Source: Gemmobacter sp.
GTDB taxonomy: Bacteria; Pseudomonadota; Alphaproteobacteria; Rhodobacterales; Rhodobacteraceae
NCBI GenBank assembly: GCA_040398445.1
Contig: JBBAUB010000014.1
Coordinates: 1,884 to 65,883 of the forward strand
DNA length: 64,000 nt
Reading direction: 5' to 3'
The notes beneath the pieces are model-generated. The model made no database searches and was not told the origin of the DNA. It saw only the letters and a program-made list of their open reading frames with translations. The translations under genes and the position numbers were made by a program. This document shows positions 58,102 through 64,000 of the stretch, piece by piece (the first letter of the stretch is position 1; the number at the start of each line of letters is the position of its first letter).

Positions 58102-59267
58102 GCCGATGGACCATAGCTTTTGGGCAGGCCAAGCACCTGCTCGGCAATGTAGCACAGGATCAGATTGGTGCTGATCGGTGCCACCTGATACAGCCGCGCC
58201 TCGCGGAATTTGCGCTCGACATCGTATTCCTCGGCAAAGCCGAAGCCCCCGTGGGTCTGCAAACAGGCCTCTGCGGCCTCCCAACTGGCATCGGCCGCCA
58301 GCATCTTTGCGGTATTCGCCTCGACCCCCGGATTTTGCCCTGCATCATACATCGCCGCCGCGCGGTAGACGATAGCCTCGGCCGCGAGCATGTGGGCATA
58401 AGCCCGCGCCAGCGGAAACTGCACGCCCTGATTTCGCCCGATGGGCGCGCCGAAGACCTTGCGCTCGCGCGCATAGGCCGAGCCTTTTTCCAAAAACCAC
58501 TTGGCGTCGCCGATACACTCGGCAGCGATCAGGATACGCTCGGAATTCATGCCCGACAGGATGTAGCGGAACCCTTTGCCTTCTTCGCCCACCAGCGCGT
58601 CGGCGGGAATGCGCACATCTTCGAAGAACATTTCCGTCGTCGCGTGGTTCATCATGGTGCGGATCGGGCGGATGGTCACACCTGCCAGCCCGCGCAAATC
58701 GACCAGAAATACCGAAAGCCCGTCGGTGCGCGAAACCGCTTCGGCGCGCGGCGTGGTCCGCGCCAGAAGCACCATCAGGTCGGAATGTTCGGCACGGCTG
58801 GTCCACAACTTCTGCCCGTTGATCACATATCCGTCGCCGTCCCGCCGTGCCGTGGTCTGCAGCGACAGCGTATCGGTGCCACTGCTCGGCTCGGTCACGC
58901 CAAAGGCTTGCAGCCGCAACCGCCCCGCCGCGATGTCGGGCAGGTAGCGCTGCTTTTGCGCGTCGGACCCATGCCGGAGCACCGTTCCCATCGTGTACAT
59001 CTGTGCATGGCAGGCCGCTGCATTGCAGCCCTGACGATGGATTTCCTCAAGGATCACCGCCGCTGCCGTCAAGCTTAGCCCCGATCCGCCAAAGGCTTCG
59101 GGGATCATCGCCCCCAGCCAGCCTGCGCGGCTCAACGCTGCCACGAATTCGGCCGGATAGGCCCGCCGCGCATCGAGGTCGCGCCAGTAACTTCCCGGAA
59201 AAGCCGCGCAAACAGCGGCAACGCCTTGCCTGATGTCGTCATATCCGGCAGTCGGGTGGATGCTCAT
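58098..59267 (-). CDS. Acyl-CoA dehydrogenase
   Basis: ...LQAFGVTEPSSGTDTLSLQT...GQKLWTSRAEHSD...QTHGGFGFAEEYDVERKFREARL. Confidence 0.85.
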   Translation of the reverse strand: MSIHPTAGYDDIRQGVAAVCAAFPGSYWRDLDARRAYPAEFVAALSRAGWLGAMIPEAFGGSGLSLTAAAVILEEIHRQGCNAAACHAQMYTMGTVLRHGSDAQKQRYLPDIAAGRLRLQAFGVTEPSSGTDTLSLQTTARRDGDGYVINGQKLWTSRAEHSDLMVLLARTTPRAEAVSRTDGLSVFLVDLRGLAGVTIRPIRTMMNHATTEMFFEDVRIPADALVGEEGKGFRYILSGMNSERILIAAECIGDAKWFLEKGSAYARERKVFGAPIGRNQGVQFPLARAYAHMLAAEAIVYRAAAMYDAGQNPGVEANTAKMLAADASWEAAEACLQTHGGFGFAEEYDVERKFREARLYQVAPISTNLILCYIAEQVLGLPKSYGPSA

Positions 59268-59405
59268 GTCGCCCTCCGTTGTCCTTTCCTTGGTGGCAGG
59301 AAAGCCGCCCGCAGGGAAATGATATCCCGCGCATCCAGATATCGCGCCTTGTCATGGCGGGGTGATGGCTCTGCCACCACCCCTTGCCACACCCCCACCC
59401 CACCG

Positions 59406-59423
59406 CTAACATGCTAGTATGAG
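59406..59423 (+). promoter_or_regulatory. 18-mer CTAACATGCTAGTATGAG: second copy of the palindrome plus -10-like element, facing the orphan permease operon
   Basis: 16 of 18 nt are identical to the minus-strand 18-mer at 18533-18550. It overlaps ATG 59419. Confidence 0.5.
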
Positions 59424-60522
59424 CAACGGTGATCTCCTCCACGTCGTCACGAACGACAACATCACGCCCCGCCGCAAGGCGATGGGGCATGGCATCATCT
59501 GGGGGTCGGCCGCCATCATGGCCGTCACCGCAACCTTGCAAACTCTGCAGGCCACAGGCCATGGCGATTGGGGTTTTGCCGACTGGCGACCGACGCTTTA
59601 CGCCTTTTGCCTATGGGCGACCTGCCTGTGCTGGGCGCAGGTGCTGATCCGGGGCGAACAGGGAAAACGTACGCTTTTCGTGCTGCCAGCGGCGCTGTTC
59701 GTCGTGTCGCTCACGGTGTTTCCGCTGCTCTTCGGCCTTTTGATCGCCTTTTCCGACTGGAACCTGTCTAGCCCCACGGGGCGGCAGTTCAACGGGCTGG
59801 CCAATGTGCGCCAAATGTGGGCCGACCCGTTTTACTGGAACGCCATGTACAACATGGTGATCTACACCCTTGCCATCATCGTCGAATATACCATCGCCTT
59901 CGGCCTCGCCCTGCTGCTGAATGCCGAAATCCGTGCCCGCAAATTCTTTCGCGTGGCCTTCCTGCTGCCGCTGATGCTGTCGCCCGTCGCTGTGTCGTGG
60001 ATGATCGGCAAATCGATGCTCGAAGCGCGCTATGGCCCCCTTGCCCGCCTTGGCCGCTTCCTCGGCTGGGACACGCCTTCGTTCTTCGGCTCGCCCGAAA
60101 TCGCCAAGTTTACCATCATGGCGATGGACGCATGGACCTATATTCCCTTCATGATGATCATGATCCTTGCCGGATTGCAGGCGATCCCCAAAGAGTTGAA
60201 CGAGGCGGCAAAGGTCGATGGAGCCAACGGCTGGCGTAATTTCTGGGAAGTTACCTTCCCGCTGATGCTGCCCGTGTCGATCACCGCGATCCTGATCCGC
60301 ATCATCTTCAAGCTGAAACTGGCAGACATCGTCATCACCGTCACCTCGGGCGGTCCGGGCGGGGCGACCGATACCGTCACCAGCTTCATCTTCCGCGAAT
60401 ACCGCGAACGCTCGAACGTCGGCTACGGCACGCTCTTGGCCTTTGTCTATCTCGTGGTCATCATCATCGGGATGACCGCCCTGATGAAACTCGCCGAACG
60501 ATTGACAAGGCCGCGCACATGA
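59419..60522 (+). CDS. Orphan CUT1-family ABC permease (MalF-like, probably 8 TM)
   Basis: EAA loop NEAAKVDGANGWRNFWEVTFPLMLP. ATG 59419 has no RBS and overlaps the 18-mer, so the real start may be ATG 59482 (MGHGIIWGSAAIMAV). Confidence 0.75.
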   Translation: MSNGDLLHVVTNDNITPRRKAMGHGIIWGSAAIMAVTATLQTLQATGHGDWGFADWRPTLYAFCLWATCLCWAQVLIRGEQGKRTLFVLPAALFVVSLTVFPLLFGLLIAFSDWNLSSPTGRQFNGLANVRQMWADPFYWNAMYNMVIYTLAIIVEYTIAFGLALLLNAEIRARKFFRVAFLLPLMLSPVAVSWMIGKSMLEARYGPLARLGRFLGWDTPSFFGSPEIAKFTIMAMDAWTYIPFMMIMILAGLQAIPKELNEAAKVDGANGWRNFWEVTFPLMLPVSITAILIRIIFKLKLADIVITVTSGGPGGATDTVTSFIFREYRERSNVGYGTLLAFVYLVVIIIGMTALMKLAERLTRPRT

Positions 60523-61442
60523 CCGCCACCGCACAGATCTTCCGTGACAGTTCGACCGACCTGACCCACCGCGCCAAATGGTGGACCAGCCGCATCGCCA
60601 TTTACGGCGTGCTGATCTTGTGGGCGATCATCTGCCTGTTCCCGATTTACTGGACCATCACGACCAGCTTCAAGATGGCCCCCAACGTGATGAAGGGAAA
60701 CCTGATCCCTTGGGTGGATTTCACCCCGAAATGGATCGGATGGAAATCGCTCGGCCTTTCGCCCGACACCATCGGTGCCGAATCCACCGTGCGGGCCGAA
60801 TTCATGAAACGTTTCTGGAATTCGGCCGTTGTGTCGCTGACCTCTTCGGCGGCGGCTGTCGCCTTGGGTAGCCTTGCCGCCTATGGGCTGTCGCGCTTCA
60901 AATATAAATTCCTGTGGATGAAGAACGACGACATCTCGTTCTTCTTCCTAAGCCAGTTGATCCTGCCCCCCGTGGTGCTCGCGCTGCCCTTCCTCGTGCT
61001 TTATAAAGAGCTTGCGCTGCTCGACACCCGCATCGGGCTGATCCTGCTTTACACGCTGTCGGTGCTTCCCATCGTCATCTGGATCATGCGCGACCAGTTC
61101 GGTTCCATCCCGACCGAGCTTGAGGAAGCCGCCCTCGTCGACGGCCTGTCGATCTGGGGCGCTTTCCTGACGATCATCATGCCCATCGCCCTGCCCGGCA
61201 TGGTCGCGGCCTTCATCCTGTCGCTGGTGCTGACGTGGAACGAATATTTCTTCGCCGCTCTGCTGACCTCGACCTATGCCAACACCCTGCCCGTCATGGT
61301 CGCCAGCCAGACCGGCAGCCAAGGCATATCATGGTGGTCGATGGCCGCGCTGTCCTTTGCCGCCATCCTGCCGCTGATCGTGATCGGCGTCGTGCTGGAA
61401 CGCTACATCATCAAGGGCATGGCCGCAGGCGCGGTGAAATAA
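60519..61442 (+). CDS. Orphan CUT1-family ABC permease (MalG-like)
   Basis: EAA loop EEAALVDGLSIWGAFLTIIMPIALPG. ATGA overlap with the upstream permease. Confidence 0.85.
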   Translation: MTATAQIFRDSSTDLTHRAKWWTSRIAIYGVLILWAIICLFPIYWTITTSFKMAPNVMKGNLIPWVDFTPKWIGWKSLGLSPDTIGAESTVRAEFMKRFWNSAVVSLTSSAAAVALGSLAAYGLSRFKYKFLWMKNDDISFFFLSQLILPPVVLALPFLVLYKELALLDTRIGLILLYTLSVLPIVIWIMRDQFGSIPTELEEAALVDGLSIWGAFLTIIMPIALPGMVAAFILSLVLTWNEYFFAALLTSTYANTLPVMVASQTGSQGISWWSMAALSFAAILPLIVIGVVLERYIIKGMAAGAVK

Positions 61443-61897
61443 TGCTCAAAGGCATCGACCAGCGACTGTCGGCCGAGATCGTTCATGTCCTCATGCTCAT
61501 GGGCCATGGCGACGATCTGGTGATTTGCGACGTAAACCACCCCGCCGCCACCATCGCCGCCGAAACCACCCATGGCAAACTGATCGACATGGCAGGCTGC
61601 GACATTCCCGCAGCCACAGCGGCGATCCTGTCGCTGATGCCGCTCGACAGCTTTGTCGAAGCCCCTGTCGCGCGGATGCAGGTCGTGGGCGATCCCTACG
61701 CGCAGGTGCCGATCTTCGCCCGCATGCAAGCAACCATCGACACTGCCGAGGGCCGCCCCGTGCCGATGCGTGCGCTGGAGCGTTTTGCCTTCTATGCCGA
61801 AGCGAAACGCGCCTTTGCCATCATCCGCACCGCCGACTCTGGCCCCTACGGCTGCTTCATCCTGAAAAAGGGCGTGATCGACCTGCCACCGCTCTGA
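61442..61897 (+). CDS. RbsD/FucU family sugar mutarotase/pyranase (paralogue 2)
   Basis: MLKGIDQRLSAEIVHVLMLMGHGDDLVICDVNHPA. 21 of the first 35 residues are identical to the paralogue at 16904-17356. The start overlaps the permease stop by 1 nt. Confidence 0.8.
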   Translation: MLKGIDQRLSAEIVHVLMLMGHGDDLVICDVNHPAATIAAETTHGKLIDMAGCDIPAATAAILSLMPLDSFVEAPVARMQVVGDPYAQVPIFARMQATIDTAEGRPVPMRALERFAFYAEAKRAFAIIRTADSGPYGCFILKKGVIDLPPL

Positions 61898-61908
61898 CAG
61901 GCCCCCCC

Positions 61909-61959
61909 TTTCATCCTTGTGGCAAATACTCTGCGGGGGTCCGGGGGCGCAAAGCCCCC
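61909..61959 (+). repeat. Intergenic bipartite repeat, copy D
   Basis: Arm TTTCATCCTTGTGGCAAATACTCTGCGGGGG at 61909-61939 is the reverse complement of the copy C arm (shared blocks CAAGGATGAAA, GTATTT, CCCCC). Hairpin GGGGGC-GCAAA-GCCCCC at 61943-61959. Confidence 0.65.
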
Positions 61960-61966
61960 GGCGCGT

Positions 61967-62698
61967 TCAGCCCAGACCCAACACCCGCCGCAAATGCGCC
62001 AAAGCAACCGCCACCCCCGCCTCGCCCAGCGCCGCCGTCGCATTGGGTGCGGTCTCGGTGTACCAGTGGTCCCCTTCCAGCGCCCTCTCCATCGCCACCG
62101 TCTCGGGCGCAAGGGCCAGCATCAGTGCCGTCTCGCCCGCTCCGGCGTGGTCAAAAGGCAGCACGTCGTTCTTGGGAAACAGCGGATGCACGCGAATCCA
62201 GTTGAACGGGTCTGCCCCCTCGGCCTGAGCCGCGTAATAATCCTGCATGCCACGGTCGCCCCACCAGCCAAGCCCGCGCGTCGCCTCAAGCCGCTTCATC
62301 ACCGCATTGCGCCCCGCAAGCCGAAAGGCGAGGTCGGTCGGCATACCCTGATCGAAGCCTTCGGTCTGGTGGTGGATCACCCCGTGGATGTTGCGAAACC
62401 CCGTCGCCAGCAACGCGCCGAACAACGCCTCGGCCATCGGCAGGATCACCGACGCATCGACATGCAGCGTCCCCGACCCCGGCCCCGCCACCGCAAAACT
62501 CGCTGCGCCATAGGCAAAAGGCGGCAGCACGACAACCTCGTCGCCCAACTGCGCGGCGATCTCGGTCACCGCCAGCAGGTCAACCCCGGCAGGCAGATGC
62601 GCGCCGTGATACTCCATCACCCCGATGGGCAGCACGACAGGCATGTTTGCGGCAATCGCTGCGGCAATCTCGGCCGGTCGCATTCGCTCATACCGCAT
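61967..62698 (-). CDS. Creatininase-family (creatinine amidohydrolase / formamide hydrolase fold) protein
   Basis: MRPAEIAAAIAANMPVVLPIGVMEYHGAHLPAGVDL...PFDHAGAGETALML is the typical creatininase-family metal-ligand pattern. Confidence 0.7.
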   Translation of the reverse strand: MRYERMRPAEIAAAIAANMPVVLPIGVMEYHGAHLPAGVDLLAVTEIAAQLGDEVVVLPPFAYGAASFAVAGPGSGTLHVDASVILPMAEALFGALLATGFRNIHGVIHHQTEGFDQGMPTDLAFRLAGRNAVMKRLEATRGLGWWGDRGMQDYYAAQAEGADPFNWIRVHPLFPKNDVLPFDHAGAGETALMLALAPETVAMERALEGDHWYTETAPNATAALGEAGVAVALAHLRRVLGLG

Positions 62699-64000
62699 CG
62701 CCAGCCACCTTGTCCGAACCTTCGACCGGTTCTACTCCAAGAGCGTGGGCGATGTCCTTTGTCGCCGCATACAGCGCCTTGAACAGCGGATAGTGCCGCA
62801 CATAGGCCGGCACCGCCTCGGGGCTGACCACCCGCTCGACCGGATTCCATTCCGAGATTTCCTCGGACATCGCCTTGCCCACCGCAACGGCGGCAAGAAA
62901 GGCGTCGCCATAGCTCGCCCCGACCGTCTTTTCGCAGACGATCTGCGGCACGCCCGCGATATCCGATGTGGCCTGCATCCAGACCGCGTTCTTTACGCCG
63001 CCCCCCACCGCCAATATCCGGCGCGGGCTTGCCCCCACCTCGGCATAGGTTTCCAGCACATGCGCCGTGGCGCTGGCCACGCCTTCGATCGTGGCGCGGA
63101 ACATGTCGCCTCGCGTGTGCGTCAGGTTCAGGCCAAAGAACGCGCCCCGCGCAAGCGGATCGTGGATCGGCGTCCGCTCGCCGCTGAAATAGGGCAAGCA
63201 CAGCAACCCCTTGGCCCCCTTCGGGCTGTCCTCGGCCTCGGCGGCGAGGGTCGCGAAATCCGCATCCCGCGCCAGCTGGTCGCGGAACCAATGCGTCAGC
63301 GTCCCGCTGGTCGACAGCCCCGCCATCGACGCATGCATGCCTGGAAACAGCCACGGCGCATACCACAGCCGCGCGTCGCGCACGGGGTCCGACGTGACCT
63401 GAATGATGAAGACGGTCGAGCCATACATCATCATCATCTCGCCGGGGAATTGCACCCCCACGCTGACCGCCTCTGCCGCCGCGTCGATGGTGCCCACCGT
63501 CACGGGCGTACCCACGGCAAGCCCCGTCTCGGCTGCCGCCGCTGCGGTCACGCTGCCCGCGAGATCGGTCGACCACGCCAGTCGTGGCAAACGGTCCAAA
63601 GGCACGATGTCGCCTGCCAGCGCATCGGTCCATGCCAGCGCGTTCACATCGTAAAGCGGCGAGAAATTCGCCGCCGTGTAATGGTCGATCACATAATCGC
63701 CGGTCAGCTTCCACGTCACATAGCTGGTCGAGGTCAGAACCTTCGCCGTCTGCGCGAAAATCTCGGGGTGCGTCCGCGCCAGCCACAAAATCTTCGGCCC
63801 CACCGATTGCGAGGTCAAGGCATTGCCGCAGACCTGCATGATGCGGTCTTTGCCGATCCGCACGGTCAACTCTGCGACCTCGGCCATGGCCCGCGTATCG
63901 ACCCCGTAAAGCACCCCGTTCATCAGCGGTTTGCCCGCCGCATCGACAGGCAGCATGCACGGCCCGATGGCACTCGCCGCCACCGCCGCGATACGCTTGG
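62688..64000 (-). CDS. FGGY-family carbohydrate kinase (xylulokinase-like); the N-terminus lies beyond the right edge
   Basis: ...AIGPCMLPVDAAGKPLMNGVLYGVDTRA...ILAVGGGVKNAVWMQATSDIAGVP... The frame stays open upstream of the tracked start to position 64000. The stop overlaps the creatininase-family start by 11 nt. Confidence 0.8.
   Translation of the reverse strand, partial: KRIAAVAASAIGPCMLPVDAAGKPLMNGVLYGVDTRAMAEVAELTVRIGKDRIMQVCGNALTSQSVGPKILWLARTHPEIFAQTAKVLTSTSYVTWKLTGDYVIDHYTAANFSPLYDVNALAWTDALAGDIVPLDRLPRLAWSTDLAGSVTAAAAAETGLAVGTPVTVGTIDAAAEAVSVGVQFPGEMMMMYGSTVFIIQVTSDPVRDARLWYAPWLFPGMHASMAGLSTSGTLTHWFRDQLARDADFATLAAEAEDSPKGAKGLLCLPYFSGERTPIHDPLARGAFFGLNLTHTRGDMFRATIEGVASATAHVLETYAEVGASPRRILAVGGGVKNAVWMQATSDIAGVPQIVCEKTVGASYGDAFLAAVAVGKAMSEEISEWNPVERVVSPEAVPAYVRHYPLFKALYAATKDIAHALGVEPVEGSDKVAGDAV

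Noticed and set aside
20357-59418. Classical mobile genomic island (integrase, transposase, tRNA or direct-repeat bounded).
   Set aside because: No integrase, transposase, IS end, tRNA gene or flanking direct repeat is visible at either boundary. I keep only the weaker statement that the block separates two halves of a transporter.
21569-62698. A complete creatinine degradation pathway (creatininase-family gene, N-methylhydantoinase and N-carbamoylsarcosine amidase).
   Set aside because: The creatininase and creatinine-deaminase routes are alternatives. No creatinine deaminase, creatinase or sarcosine oxidase is present in the window. The creatininase-family gene is 36 kb away and coupled to a sugar kinase.

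Overview
This is a high-GC, densely coding bacterial segment. The smo polyol operon and the intergenic repeats suggest an alphaproteobacterium, possibly Rhodobacteraceae. I call 58 protein-coding genes. I saw no rRNA, tRNA, CRISPR array, transposase or integrase. From 1 to 20.4 kb the window holds a partial XRE regulator, a fatty-acid desaturase, a YceI/cytochrome b561 pair, metG, an aldo-keto reductase, an amidase, a polyol operon syntenic with Rhodobacter sphaeroides smoC-smoEFGK-smoS-mtlK, a HAD hydrolase, ribokinase, an RbsD/FucU protein, an orphan MalK-type ATPase and a divergent orphan large solute-binding protein (SBP). From 20.5 to 59.3 kb there is a block devoted almost entirely to cyclic-amide and amide chemistry. 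(1) LysR, an N-carbamoylsarcosine-amidase-like cysteine hydrolase, HyuA/HyuB, GNAT and a cupin-SnoaL fusion. (2) A long minus-strand operon with a polyamine-type ABC importer carrying two ATPase genes, two SDRs, an amidase, a CE4 deacetylase/imidase-like enzyme, a small CxxC protein and a COG0523 GTPase; it is preceded by a tandem-HTH GntR regulator translationally coupled to a signal-less SBP paralogue. (3) A seven-gene overlap-coupled operon joining a HyuB-HyuA pair to LamB/PxpA, BCCP, biotin carboxylase and KipI/KipA-like subunits, with a divergent AraC regulator. This is my best candidate for an undescribed system. (4) Acyl-CoA dehydrogenase, CoA-transferase, a third HyuA/HyuB pair, an embedded LysR, an OYE reductase and a MaoC hydratase. 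From 59.4 to 64 kb lie two orphan CUT1 permeases, a second FucU paralogue, a creatininase-family protein and a partial FGGY kinase. The orphan ATPase operon and the orphan permease operon share a near-identical 18-mer (16 of 18), so they look like one ABC importer split by the roughly 39 kb block. All functional calls come from reading the translated ORFs. No database search was run.
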